Source: Lingula anatina
Lineage: Eukaryota > Animalia > Brachiopoda
Length of the DNA stretch: 64,000 bases
Assembly: GCA_051362555.1 (NCBI GenBank)
Contig: CM120644.1
Coordinates: 752,954 to 816,953 of the forward strand
Direction of reading: 5' to 3'
Below, in pieces: positions 48,647 through 63,380 of the stretch. The position numbers and the translations under genes were made by a program. Under the pieces are notes generated by a model. It worked only from the letters and a program-made list of their open reading frames with translations. It had not been told where the DNA came from and ran no database searches. Positions within the stretch are counted from its first letter, which is position 1, and each line of letters opens with the position of its first letter.

Positions 48647-51600
48647 ATGAATTCCCATACAGCTTTTTATTTTGCGATTGGTTTGACTTGTGGATTGCTA
48701 GTGTCTTTCATGTTCACGCAGTATTCCGGCCTTACACACACTGCCAAGATGCAGCTGACCAACAATTTCCATTCAAGAGAAGTTTTACAAAGGGCGTCAG
48801 GAAAAGATGCGGCCGTGAAAAGTGACGAGGAGTACGATGAGCACGGCCATCTTGTCTTCAAGGCCGTTGAGCCAGCCTTATCGCACGACCAACTGGACTT
48901 GGCACAGGGACATCAGCAGGCTAATAAAGTGGAGTTTCGTGATCAGCATTTTCACCATGGTAAGCATGCATGCGCGCATGTGTGTGACTGTGCGCACATG
49001 TGTTTGTGTGTTTTTTATCAAACAGACGTAGAGCAGAAAGTGATATATGTGGATTTTTATCATTAATAAGATGCAGATCATCTAAAATTTAATAGATATG
49101 ACATGTTTTATTTCTTATTCTATAATGAAATCTGTCAGTTGCAAGTTATATGTGCAGTGGTTACCTGTGAATCTGTATCCATATCACCACATGAATGGAT
49201 CTCCATTGTATTAACTCTGACAGTTAAGAAGCACCTGTACATATTATGTACATTCAAGGTGCTTGTTGACGTTGAGCATTAAGTGTCACATTAAAAATGG
49301 AGATGAAATGCTGGTCATTGTATTCACATATAAACTGGGAAGCTGCAATATGGCTTGTTGTGCAGTAATTAGAGGTGTGAGCTTCAGACAAATTAAAGCA
49401 GTCAGAGAAATTGGAGAACACAAGAAACAACACCTTTTATGACCTAAAATATGCTAGTAAGATATATGTACAGCACACACAAGTGCTCATGTGAGGAGAA
49501 AAATACCAAAAATTGTATAAAACTTATTTTCATGAGACACTTTGCACTTGTCCAGTAATTTATCCTTTTCTCATCATGGTTTTTGTACAGTATTTCTTAA
49601 TATTTTCTGTTGTTTTTGGACATAAAGGTATGAATTTGTTTATTTTTACTATGGAGAATCTTTTTAACAGTATAATTATATAATTTGGTGTTTTTTTTCA
49701 GATGATGATTCCGTCGCCGAAGAACTGAAAAAGAAAGTACGCGTTCTTTGTTGGGTAATGACAGCTCCCCAGAACCTGGAGCTTAAGGCCAGCAACGTCA
49801 AGAACACATGGGGAAAACGGTGCAATGTTCTCCTGTTTATGAGCTCCAAGGACGATAAAGATTTCCCTGCCATTGGATTAGATATCCCAGAAGGCAGAGA
49901 GCATCTGACGGGGAAAACCATGCGTGCCTTTAAATACGCCTACGATCATCATTTCAATGATGCTGATTGGTTCATGAAGGCGGATGACGATACTTACGTC
50001 ATTGTAGAAAATTTACGCTACATGTTGTCGGAGTATAACTCCAGTGATCCTATCTATTTTGGCCACCATTTTCAGACGATAGTGAAGCAAGGCTACTTCA
50101 GTGGTGGAGCTGGGTATGTGATCAGTAAAGAAGCATTAAAACGACTCGCCCTGAACGGAATAGGGAGACCCGACATGTGCAGACAAGATGGCGGTGCTGA
50201 GGATGCCGAGATTGGCCAATGTTTTGAAAAATTAGGTGTAAAAACTGGGGATTCCAGAGATGCCATGGGTAGAAGTCGGTTCCATTGTTTTAACCCTGAG
50301 ACTCATTTATTAGGTGGATACCCTGACTGGTATTATAAATATGATAAATATGGTGCCAAACATGTAAGTTGACTGGAGTGATTTTTATAACAATTAGACT
50401 GGGCTCCCAAACCTAGATCAATCTAACAGTATCGATCCATCTCCAAGGGGTTTCTCATTAAATTGCTTTCAGCTTAAGCAACTTAGATGTCTGGCATGCC
50501 TACTAAAGCTGCTAAATGATAGATAATTAACAGCTAACAACTTCAGTAGGCGTGACAGACATTTAAGCCGCTAAAGTTGATAACAATTTAGCAAGAATCT
50601 CCTTGGATATATAGATCGATCCACTGTTAGGTCGATAGTGTCTGGAAATGGTCCCTGAGCCAGCTCACCCTCGCATAGCAACCATTCTATTTCTAAATGA
50701 CAGTCAGAATAATCCTACCAGCATAGCAACAGGTGTTGATGATTTTCTTCAAACAAGATGATGAAAGTGTTAAACATTTATTTTTTTTCATTGACAGCTA
50801 AGAATAATCTGTCTGTCTTTCTGTTTGTAATTTTACACATACTTTTGTGCTTCAAATTTGTTAGCTTTAAATCTTTATTTTCTGACTGAAACATAATAAT
50901 TAAAAAATCAAAACGTCTAGATGAAAATCACCTGCTGTTCACCAAGTTGATGTCCCTGAAGAGAGATAAATGAGGATTGATTAAGTTAGCTCAGGGAAGA
51001 AACATGGCATGTGCGAAGCAGGAAAATTGATTAATGTATACACAGGGCTGGCACCAACAGTCACCTGCGAATAGTTCAAGAGAAATACACGTTTGTTTCT
51101 CCACCCCACCCCACCCGTCCCGCCTCCCCCCATGGCTATTCTCGACTGAAATATTTGAGTTAATTGTAGATTTATCTCATGAAGAAATTGTTTTGACCTT
51201 ATTCAGTTTGGCTTTACCTTTCGGTAAGATAATTTTTTTTTTTTTTAATTTGCTGACATGAACACAGCTCTACAACAGAGATTGAACAGGTTCATCAGCT
51301 GCAGGCATTAACATAGATAAAAATATGAAAGATAGAAAATTAATTTTAAAAATTATTCCATGAAGACAGCTGTGTAAGTAACATCACATTGATCATGACG
51401 CACACCACCTTAACATTAATATTTATATTGTGCATGAAAACGTCTTTGTGAAGCTCTTTGTTCCAATAAATTATTTACTACTACCTCATCATTGAACACG
51501 AGGGAAATGAGAACTTTTGTAATCCCAGCACACTGAAGCTGTTATGAAATATCCTGTTATTATTAATGAATATCATATTAATTAAGGTGGACAGTTCTCA

Positions 51601-52572
51601 GAAACATTTTGGTACTGAGCAATTCAAGTTTGAGATAGAGTGGTGGAGTTTAGTAGATAATTTTAGATATATATATATATATCTCAGGATGTGTACTGGT
51701 AAATATATGGTGTTCATGACATGGGCATTATTAAGTTTCTACCATAAAACAAAAGCTCAGAGCCCAAACGGATAGATACCATATTTTGTTTGTCATATAT
51801 TTAACAATAAGATGACAGTACACCAGCATCAAATGCTCTAAGCCTAAGATTGGAATCTAAAATGGGTAGAGTAACAAATTGCTTAAAATTAAACAGTTCT
51901 TGCTATAGTCTGCCTCCTGCTTTGTTGCCGTTCTTTGACATACCTACTGCAAGGAGAAAACACTTTTTCATTAAATCTTGTACACAACCAAATTAAAGCA
52001 CCTGCAGCCAGCAGCTATAATATCAATATTGAGATATGTTATAGAATTCATCTTGAGGCACTGTCTTTGTGGTGGGGTTTTCATTATCAGGTTTTGGAGG
52101 TGACAGTATACACAGTTTATGTACAGTTATTGCCAGCCTGCCTACAAAGGAAAAGTGTGAACAGAATTAGCTTTTAAAAGAGTTACAGTATGTGTAGGGA
52201 AAATTCCATCAGTAGGACAGCACTATTTTGGTGATGGCAGAGATGAGTTGTTGTTTTTTTTTCTCTGGAAAAGTCCCTACATCTTGTGTGCTAAATGTTT
52301 TAGAAGCAAATGCTAAATAATCATCTGTAATGTGATTAATGAAGAGTAAATATGTTTGGAAAATCTTAATCAAATCAATTGATTTTATTGTTTAAAAATT
52401 AAAGATTTTTTTGTTATCTTTTCAGGGAATAGGTAATGTAAGTGACCATGCAGTAACATTCCACTATATTCCTCCCAGTTTGATGTGGGGCTTGGAGTTT
52501 TATATCTACCATCTCAGACCCTACGGTATAGAAAGCCACAGCCAGAGACTAAACAAGAAGCAGCTTAAGTGA
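48647..52572 (+). CDS. C1GALT1: Glycoprotein-N-acetylgalactosamine 3-beta-galactosyltransferase 1 (T-synthase, GT31)-like, 3 coding exons
   Basis: Exons 48647-48959, 49702-50363, 52426-52572. N-terminal type-II TM (AFYFAIGLTCGLLVSFMF), VRVLCWVMT, TWGKRCN, DWFMKADDDTYVIVENLR, GYFSGGAGYVISKEAL, AVTFHYI, YHLRPYG. May be one of several paralogues. Confidence 0.9.
50397..50655. mobile_element. Tourist-like MITE (subfamily B)
   Basis: tta|gactgggctcccaaacctagatcaatctaacag ... gtgtctggaaatggtccc|tga; reverse complement of 31814-32065. Confidence 0.7.
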
Positions 52573-55500
52573 GAAATTTTCAAGAAATTCTTGTTTTGGG
52601 ATGGGAAAAAATACTGTAGGATGTTTGTGTCAAGGTCACAGAAAACTGCCACCAGAAACGAAGTCAGAAAAAGATATATTCTTTACTGTTCTTACTTTGA
52701 GAGATTGTAGTGCAGAAGCTTTGGCCTGGACTATACAAATACAGGCTGTCATCAGTATAAGAACAAGATACCTGAAGTCTGTCAGTTTGCTTTGATATTG
52801 TTTTGTTCAGGATATAAACTTACAAAAAAGAAACAAAAGAAGTAAAAAATTATAGAAAAGATAACAGAATCATTTTGCCATACTGGTGGTGTTAGACGTA
52901 GCTGTCTGTACCTAAATGAGCAGAAACATTTTGGTGAAAATTCACATCATAATGTCTCTCTCTACATCTCTCTTTCTCTCTCTCTCTTGGCCAAAAAGGC
53001 CACAGAAAAGGAAAACCACTGAACTGAAACCAGTTCAGATGATGAATTTTAGGCAGTGCATCTAGAAAAGTTTGTAAGATGTTTATAAAAACTGTAAAGG
53101 TATGTCACAAATGGTGTGATTGTACTTGTTTGAAATCCAGAAAATTAAGTGTTGAATGCCGCTTTATGAATCGCCATCAGATTCCCAACACTTGCTATCT
53201 CCGTGGCAGGACATATAACTGATAGAACTGACATAGTGTAGTAGTTCATCTGTTCTCGACCATGGTTGTTCATTTATGTGAAGGATGCAAGAATCCTGCC
53301 CAGTATTGTCAAAACAGCATTTTTTACTTTTGATGTAAAAGCGGCAACTGTGACAGTTCTTCTCTATAATGTCGACAACTGGTGCATTTGGACATATAAA
53401 AATGTTTTACGTTTGTGCAATTTTTTAATTCCACAAAGATAAATTTGGGCGTTGTGACAGTTTTTGTGTTAGCCATAATGAAGCAGTGTCTGTGTAATGT
53501 AATGCACTTTGCTTCTCAGGTCTTGATCCTTGTACTGGATCACTAGCAGTTCTAGTTAGTATTATTATTGTTACATGCAGTTACAGTGTTGGTAATATAT
53601 TTATGTAGTATTTACAGTTCTTGTCTATATAACTTAAAGGCAAGGTGCAGTGATGCTGTTATTGAACCTAATATAAAGCACTTCATTGTAGCTGTGCAGC
53701 AGTGGCAACAACTGATGTGCTCAAGTTTCACATAATTACTGAATTAACTTAATTAGATGATATAATTAATTCACAAATGTTCCATTTTCCTCTTTCCCCT
53801 TCTTTTCTTTTTCATTTCCTCCCCTTTGTTTTCCACTAATGTATATTGTAGTATTTTGAATACTTCAGGACAATTTTAAAAATCACCCTTAGCAAAATGA
53901 AAAGTTTGCAGCAAATTTGGAGGAATTTTACCGTGCAAATGAGATCTGAAGACTTTCTTTCAAACTTGCCACAGACTAAACATGCTCTTGTAAATTTGCT
54001 GCTTACTTTTCATGTATCATTGTGAGATGAATTGCAGGATTTGGAACTATTTATATTTACAAATGTTTTTGAAGTATCTAAGAACAGTGACTCATAATCA
54101 ATGTTAATAATACATAAAATGATAATAATAAGTAGGCAAAGATTTTTGATACTCTGGAAGCAGCAAGAGACGAGGCCTTATCTGTTTATAAAATTTAATG
54201 GAATGTTATGGGACAATATCCTAGCTTTTTGCTTAGTAATTGCCCATTAAAGTTGTGATACTAGTTGAAAAAGTAATAGCATCTTAAATAGTTATAATTA
54301 ATGATGAAGTTATAATTTCAGTGGGCACATGACTAGCAGGTTGACATGTCTGAATTTAAATGTATACTGGGCTGATTTGTTAAAACTTTGGATGTTACAA
54401 ATCTCTACATCTTTCATAAATTTATGTTGTAAATTAACATAAAAATTGACTTACATTAGATTTAATTAGTCAACTTTCAGATTGTGAAGAGAATGGCTCT
54501 TTTATTCCTGTTGATCTCAACATTGTTTTCTGTGTACAGTGCGATTTCTTTTCAAGTCACACATGACTATTTTTAAAAGAGAATCAGTGCACATTAATTG
54601 GAAATTAAATGTTTTCCTGCACATACATCGTCAAAATGAATGTTTTTTTTTTGTCATATAAGTGATTTTCTGTCAAATTTCATTCTTTAATTTATATGTG
54701 GTTGTTTTTTAAACGTTTATTTTGTTTTCTAAATTATGAACTTCACCTTGACCTCTGAATGTATTTTGACCAAATAAAAACTATTGTATGTAATTCCAAC
54801 AATTATAAGGCAAGCTATGGTGTTAATATTGCCGTGTGTAATTATATGAAAAAGTTAGTGCTTTGCCATACTGCAGCATTTTGAAGAGAAAAATCATCAG
54901 GGCACATTTATACTTTGACAGATAACATATCAATGTTTTATACTATACTACTTGAAAATAATGCAACAGATGTAACATATGACAGCAAATTTTTGTAAAG
55001 AAATACGTCAGTGATGTGACTTATGATGACGGAATGAGGACAGGATTACAATTACATCTCTTTCAATTTGTTTGTGTAAATAATATACTATTAGGAAATA
55101 TAAGTAACTTTTTCTGTGATTTATCTGAAAAAAAAGCAAAATATTAGACATCACATGTTTAAATGCAGACAAGGTACAATTAGTCGACTAATTTAAACTC
55201 ATATTGTAATTCTGCGGGATTATTGCGATGAGAGCTGTCTTTGTGAATGGTGCAATTTAATTTTTAAAATGTTTTAGTATTTATTGAAACAAGTAATTAG
55301 GAAGGATAGTTTGTGTATGTTGCCCACAGGGCGTAGTTATCAGTATAACACAACATGTAAATGTATAGACTTGCAGTTGTTCATAAAAACATATACAGTT
55401 AATTTCATGAGGGAAAACACTTTGATTGATTGATACTTACTAGAAAATTAGCATGTTTTACTTTACTGTATATACTTCAACTTAGTAACATTGCGTTGTA

Positions 55501-56150
55501 TGTATTGGCTTACACTGCAGATGGCTTTTTCAATTTTACAATATTTTTTGGTAGAATTAGAATATAATACAGTGTGCTGGCGGCAATGTAAATCATTAAT
55601 GGCGGAAAGGGTGGCCAAACATTACATCGTATCTTTACTGAATGAGTCCCACTATGACGTTTGCGATAAAAAAGTTGATATAATGAGCATTTTAAAATGG
55701 TGTTATTTTTATTCGACTTCTTTTTGTAAAGTAAGTATACATATATCTTGCCAGGTTGAGAGGCCGGAGCAGAACAGTAACTTTAAATATTTTTTCATCA
55801 TGTGTATTAAGCACCTTCAAGTAGCACAAAACGTTGTGAGACGACAAGTTTTCTTATTAGAGATATATAAAAGACCAGGCAGAATTACTAAATAGATTAC
55901 TTGATGATAGAGGCTGCCATTTTGGTATCATCTTTCCATTGTGATTAACACCATTCCTCTGTGAAGAACTGTATACAGAATCATTCGGTCGAATGATAAA
56001 GTGCTCCACATTTATCTTCTGATATTTCTAAATGCAGTAATATTCATTATGAAAATACATTTTCTGACAGTGTGTAATGGCCCCATCAAATGTTTGAAAA
56101 AACTGACAGCCTCATGTCTTTAAATAAATGTTATCTAGTCAAAATCATTA

Positions 56151-59100
56151 TCACCTCACAGATTCTGTTTTGACAAATTTTGCAATAAAAAAGCCAATGC
56201 AGTCATTGTTCACAGTTCGTGCTGAAAGTGGGTCAAGGTCACCAGGGTCAAATCTCTGCAGCAGTTTCAAGTTCTCCTCTGAAAGCTGGGAGTCTGGGAA
56301 GTGAGCACCTGTTCCTCCAAGATGAGGATCCTAGAATTTAAAATATTTGTATTTTGTATTCTATTACACTAATGAAATACCACATTCATGATTACTTTCA
56401 AATTGGTAAAGTATGTACATACGTTAAACACAATCTTATTTTACTGAAAAAAATGGAAAATATTAGACAAACTTTCTTATCCAGCTTCACTTTGCTCTGT
56501 TATTAATATTTTAATAATTATTTCAAAACCAATGAACTATTTGACATTCCAAATACTTCGAATTACATCGCATATTAAATTGTTTTAGGTCCAAAAATAA
56601 TTTTGCTTTCTCAAAAATAAAATTCAATTTTTCAATTACTCTTTTTCACAGAAACTGCTAGATTCAACTGTTTTTTTCCTCATCAATTTGTTTAACATTC
56701 TTCACAAATTATTTTGGGCCAAAAAGTCTTTTGAAAACCCCTGTTATGTGCAAAAAAACATTTTCTTTAATTCAGAGCACCTGTTTGGCTAACTTCACAC
56801 ATGGATACTCTCTCAGCAGCCATTCCACCTGTCGCTCATTCTCCCCATGCGTCACTGTACAAGTGCTGTAGACCAGGACTCCACCAACCTTTAATAAACG
56901 CACAGCCTGTAAAATATTAATTATTTTTAAATGAAACCAGAGACATCCAAGTTTAGAATATAATTAATGAAGAGAAATGGTTGAGGTTCTTTATACCCCA
57001 AATTCTCCTTCCTCAGTAAATGTACCATCTGTCATGTTATTAAGATATCTTTCACAACAACTGTGAATTGAAATTGTAACAATTATTGCTAAAAAGATGA
57101 CATCTAAACATTGGCAAATTTATGCTGTACAAGAACTAAGATTTGAACACCTTAATGACTCTGTAATCCTCAGCATTTTTAAATAGAGAAAACAAAAAAA
57201 AAAAAAAAGCACTTATACACTATGTTCTGACCTAGACTGGGAACTGGGGGGGGGGGGGGGAGCTGGTGATTATATGAATACAATGGAAACAATTAGGAGG
57301 AGTAACAGTCTGTTAACCTGATTGCATTCAGTCAGAGTCCCTGTGGAGTTAGTGCACATTAGCTAGATCAAGAAAATTCACTGTGCTGGTCTCTTATTTC
57401 TCCATCATTACCTGAGCCAGAAGTTTCCTCTGTAATGGAGGATATGAGCTGAGTTCTCTGGCAGACATTTTGTTGAACACGGACGGCTTCTGCCCCAAAC
57501 CACTGCAAGGTGCGTCAAGGAGAACACGGTCAAAATATTCAGGGGGAAACGGAGGGAAAGGATCACCATCTGTAATAATACACCATGTCTTGTAAGAAGT
57601 ATAAGATAGAATAATATGAACCAGCCTTTTCATAATTTTTCTTATTTAAAAACCTACTAGTTTAATTTGGTACTACATATGAAAATTAAATAATCATTAA
57701 CATATAATTGAAGAGAAAATGAAAACGCTTTAAAACACCAAAATAATCATTGGAGCTAATTCCCATTGACTATTCACTGAAATCAACCTGTTAGGTCAAG
57801 ATTCAATTAGCAAGTAGAAATTAACATTGCTATTCTTACAGAAATATACAACAAAATTATTCCTTTCAAACACATACACACAAACACACTTAAACGCACA
57901 CCACACACACACATATATAGCACACACACACACACAGTTTACCTGCATCTATTGCACAGCTCTTGGTAGCATCATAAGGAAATGCCTGGATAGACTTCAG
58001 GTTCCACTTGGAAGCATTGGACTGTATTCTCTCTACTCTGCCCTGTCCCTTGTCAAAAGCTATCACCAGACCCTGCAACAAACTACATCATTATTTTGAT
58101 GGAAAACAGACCATGAGTCTCTTTCACACTAATGCACTGTATGTAGCATAAGGCTTCAGCAGCACAACTGTCCAGCTACATTAGAAGAGGTCCTAACACA
58201 AAATTTCACTTTCATAAGTTCATTTCTTACCATTTAGGCATAAGTTGGTTAATTGCCAGGCCAGGCCTAGAGTGGGACTTCAAGGATAAAGTAAGTTAAA
58301 TTTGTTAAAACAATAGTCAAAATCAGAGGTCTTACCCCTTTAATATTACAAACTACATGTATTATAATATTGCAACCTGTTCGAAGAAATTATTATCATC
58401 AATTATTAAAATTTCTAATAAGCAATTTATCTATAACATCCTCACACCAAACCCCACCTGGTCTCTCATCAGAGTGGCAATGTGTGTGGTTTTACCCCCT
58501 GGAGCAGCACACATGTCCAGCACGCAGTCGTTTGGCTCAGGATCCAACACATGACTGCAGATGACAGACGGAAGATTCTGTGGAAACACTGCACTTGGAA
58601 GAATATCAGATAAAGATGGCGCCACATATACAGGACTTGTCATTTCTATGCCAACTCCTCTGAAATTTAAATTGAATTTAATGAGACATATAATAATTTG
58701 AAGTGTTTTACAGTGGGGACATTGAGAATATGTTCTTAAAATCAAAACTAAATTGAAGAGAAGTGACTGTTAATGCACCATACAGCACCATCCAAGCAAT
58801 TTAAATAAAGTCTCTGTGATTATATTTTACTAGATTTTACACGGATTTTACACAGATATGAATCTAGTTAAAGAGTTACTTTGCTGGTGTTTCTGACTTA
58901 AACAAGGAATGTCTACTGATCCTAGCTATTCCGTTGCCCACAAAAAGTTTTCGTTCCTCAAAATCATCCTTCAGTCCTTTCTTGCAGGCACCCTCTATAT
59001 CTGCATACACTGACACCAAGTCTCCACTCTGCATATCTTGAAAAACATTTGTCATAAAATCATCAGCAACAGGCAAAAATAAAGATATAAAAATCTTATC

Positions 59101-61319
59101 TGCTTAGTTCCACAAAATAAGTCACAAAATAATTGTGCCTCAGCATACTCTGGTATATATGCCAAACGAAAGATTGTTATTAAGTCTGTAGTAAGAATAA
59201 AAAATAGCATAACATTTAATAATAATAATAATATAGTTTACTGGCAACTGAAATTGTTGGATTGTACAATAATATCGATTATTTTAAACCATAAGAAGCA
59301 GTGCTACATTGTTTCCAGTACAAACAAAACAAAATCCCTTGGAATCCTGAAAAAGCATAATGTGTCATGATGTCTCACCCAGCACTGTCACACCTAACAC
59401 AATGTCTCATCCAGCACTGTCACACCTAACACAATGTCTCACCCAGCACTGTCACACCTAACACAATGTCTCACCCAGCACTGTCACACCTAACACAATG
59501 TCTCATCCAGCACTGTCACACCTAACACAATGTCTCACCCAGCACTGTCACACCTAACACAATGTCTCATCCAGCACTGTCACACCTAACACAATGTCTC
59601 ATCCAGCACTGTCACACCTAACACAATGTCTCACCCAGCACTGTCACACCTAACACAATGTCTCATCCAGCACTGTCACACCTAACACAATGTCTCATCC
59701 AGCACTGTCACACCTAACACAATGTCTCAATTGGTACTGTCACACCTAACACAATGTCTCATCCAGCACTGTCACACCTAACACAATGTCTCATCCAGCA
59801 CTGTCACACCTAACACAATGTCTCACCCAGCACTGTCACACCTAACACAATGTTTCACTGACCTGCAGGTGCTCCCATAATTCCCTGAGCAAACACATCT
59901 GATCCCCTCAACACTGACATACCACACTGGAGGTCCACAATAACAGCTTTATCACTCTAGGTGGGAAATGAAGGAGTTAATCAGAGACTGACCAGTGACC
60001 AGAGACCAATGATTATTTCAATAAGCTGTTAATACAGCCAATTTACAGGTACACATAAAATAACATATATTACATATTAGCAAAATTAATTTAATGATCA
60101 AGAGTATAATAAAAAGAAGTACAAATTTTAATACACAAAAACTGAGTTGAAACAAAAAGAGATATTATGGTTAATGGACAAAATCAAAAACTAATTTCTT
60201 ACATTTTTTAGATTCAAATGTGGCCCAGAGTTCTTCACATAGAGAACATCTGGCAGTGTGTCATGTGACTCCACCACTGCACGGTGCTGCCCTCTGCTGG
60301 CATATTGCTGTAACATAACAAAATTACAGATTCACATTTTGGACTCCCTGTGCTTCAGATACTCAGGAAACCCCTGAAGTACATATTTAATCTTCAATCT
60401 CAATCTTGTAGATCTCTGAACAGGCCCTTAGCCTGGGGGCTCCAGCCTCAACAAGAACCCCCCTTTATGCTGTGAAAAGCACCCCCTCTGGATAAATTTT
60501 TTTCTAAGTACATGAAGGTTTCTGGGTAAAAGGTTCACCTTTTCCAGGAAAAGAATCCCCCTTTTAAAATCGCTGGTTATTTTGACCAGCAGTGAACTGA
60601 GATAAATCTTTAAGTGCAGACTGGATACTCACCTTATTAATTTCATCCTCCAACTGGACTTTGATCTCTTCAGTTGAACATGAAGCTAAAGTGTTTACAC
60701 GAAACACTGTAAAAGATGGAGGCACTGCTAGTGCTTGTAACAGTTGGTTAAATTGCACCTGGAATGGAAAGAAATCAGAAAGATGGAGGCACTGCTAATT
60801 CCTTTAACAGGTGGTTAAATTGCACATGGAATGGGAAGAAATCAGACTGTAATTCAAACTGTTATTCTTCCGACTAAAGACTGTGTTTTGCTCTTGTAAT
60901 TTATACATCACCTGAAAGAGCTGAACTTAATACTCTTTACTTCATATTTATTCACAAATTTTTCTACAATGGATTGTGAATACCGGAAATGTTTTTTTTT
61001 TTTTTTTGACCACTAAAATTGTTTTATTTTTTAACTATTACATTTCAACTGACATCTCTTCCAAAGGCAACATATCTTTGGTCATGTCAGTGTTATCTTG
61101 TTATTAACAAGGTGCTTAACACTACAATAAATATGAACATCAGTAAGACTTTAGAAGAAATGAAAGCACCTGTAATACAGTAGCTGGGATATTTCAGATG
61201 TGAGTCCAGAGTTTCTGGGTACTTACATGTACATTTTTACCGTTTTCTGTATGGTTTCCATAATCACTTGCCAGGCGTTCTTTGCAGTCTGCCTTAAGGT
61301 GCAGTGACGGCCACTCCAT
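56151..61319 (-). CDS. NSUN6: tRNA (cytosine(72)-C5)-methyltransferase NSUN6, 10 coding exons
   Basis: Exons 61319-61227, 60758-60633, 60307-60203, 59956-59863, 59036-58880, 58659-58458, 58072-57943, 57569-57412, 56906-56781, 56330-56151. PUA domain (CGMSVLRGSDVFAQGIMGAP, GDLVSVYADIEG, FVGNGI); QNLPS; motif I VLDMCAAPGGKTTHIA; motif IV DRVLLDAPCSGLGQ; motif VI LVYSTCT; C-terminal DCIGFFIAKFVK. Confidence 0.95.
59371..59857. repeat. 32-bp minisatellite, 15 near-identical copies (tgtctca[c/t]ccagcactgtcacacctaacacaa)
   Basis: Exact 32-bp period from 59371 to 59850, ending next to the NSUN6 exon donor at 59862. Confidence 0.95.
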
Positions 61320-62261
61320 TCAAATATGGGGGAAATCAAGCCGCCCCGTTTGAACGCATATATACAGCTGTACGTGCTACTTCAGCGCTAAAAGTTTATA
61401 ACACACCTGTAAAACTTCTAAAAAAGGAACAGTGATGAAAGAACTAACTCCACGTTCTTCAGCTTCTTCAAAATTACGTTTGAATAAAAAATTTGAAAGC
61501 ACAAATGAAAATAAAGTTGTAAAATTATTACAAAATGTTTACTACTCAAAATTAACTTCGTCACGGTCCACACAAGATGTATATTTTCTGTTTCACAAAT
61601 AAATCTTCTTTCATTTCAGTTTCACTCAATCTGTGCCTTTTGATTTCAAGGAACCAAAAACACTATCCATTTACCTTCTCGCTGTTCCATCTTGTCATGA
61701 TTCGTACCTCTTTTACGGGAGAGCTTATGTATTCAAGACAAGCCTCGCGTTAGATGTGATGCTTACTTTGTCAACGTTCACGCGTAGCGTCCTTGATATT
61801 ATATTTCTCTAATAACGGATTTGTTAACATGTTTGTCCAGAGAAGTGTTTATGCAACTGACACAGAATTAACAAAAGTGAAAGGAAGTTCTAACGTAGGT
61901 TAGATATGCTAGTTTATCATGTTTAATAAATTAAATAAATTAAAATATGTATATGCTGAACGCATTAATTTCGAGCTACTGCCATGATTGTGGCCTACTC
62001 GTTTTATTGATAGCGTTAAAATTAGATAAACGTCAAACTTGGGTCTTAAACAAAAACTATACCACAACATTAAAAAAACGGTAAATGTGTTAGGAAAGTT
62101 AATTGGATGGTCTAGGGCATTAAAATACCAGCGATTCTCACTTTCAAAACGAATTTATTACATCTAAAACAGAAATAATCATGCACAAAATGACAAGAAA
62201 TATAGGCCTAATCAAACTGAGTTACACCCCTAAAGGAATTTATTGACACTACGACTACATG

Positions 62262-62323
<62 letters not shown>

Positions 62324-63380
62324 TGCATATTCCCAATGAATTACCTTTAAAATGCTGTATACAGTGTACATGTATTGATACGAGTTCAACACAATGTACC
62401 TGTGTCAGCTAAATGAATAAAATGGTAAAAGGGGTAGGCCCTACTACAGGCCTACAAACTGCCTAACACTGATATGGGCACTCTTTGTTCTCTACCAGAG
62501 GTCACCTGAGTGATGACGTCAATTGCAATTCTCTGAAAAAGTTCTTATAATACAGAAAAATGCACAAAAAGATATCTATGAATTTGATGAATATCTAGCG
62601 GGAATCGATCTGCCCTCGTGGAGGACAGCTCCTAGATATCCTCGAATATTTTTAAGCCGAGGTTTAGTTCAACATCAAAAGAAAGATCAAGAAAAACCTC
62701 CCGGATTGCTGGTCTTGTGGCACAAAACACAGAGACCACTGACGCGATAAAATCGTTCTTTTTCTTCTTCTATTTTGCTCAAAATCAACACCGCTGTAAG
62801 CATTATTTTCTGCTTTTGGAATTGAATAAGTTCAGCTGGGGTCACATTACAAAAGGTTCCATTGTGCCGTTTGACAAAAGTATCACTAGGCAGAATAAAC
62901 AGGTGTGTATTTGCTTACCTCCCCAAACAGCAACCCTAAAAGAATTTAAGTAGCAAAAGCACTAGTATTTTAGCAGGCACATAAACTAGGACTTGTATTT
63001 GGAACGTAAGAGAGAAGATTACTTTTTTGAAGAATCAGCTGCATTTAAGAGCATAGTGGAGTATAATATCAGTCTGATAAGTTATCCTAACTCCGGTTGG
63101 AGGCTAATTTTAAAATACTGAAATTACAGATGTGCAGAATTAGTCACTGAGAACAGAAGACTTCTCAGGTAAACTATCAGGTTCAGTTTTAACCGTTTAC
63201 AAGATAATCGGAAGATTTCGTGCTATGTAATGTTTTTTTTAATACGTTCTTTGCTGCAGTCTCTCCATATGTTGTTGATGTGTTTTCTTCCCGTCCACTT
63301 CTTACTGGTGGCAATTAAATTACATTGCATTGTATTAAATTCCAGATTAGGTAGGAAAAGACGTCTAAGTGACAGGTACC

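Noticed and set aside
59371-59857. 32-bp repeat array as a CRISPR array
   Set aside because: Units are directly adjacent with no unique spacers, there are no cas genes, and it lies in a eukaryotic intron.
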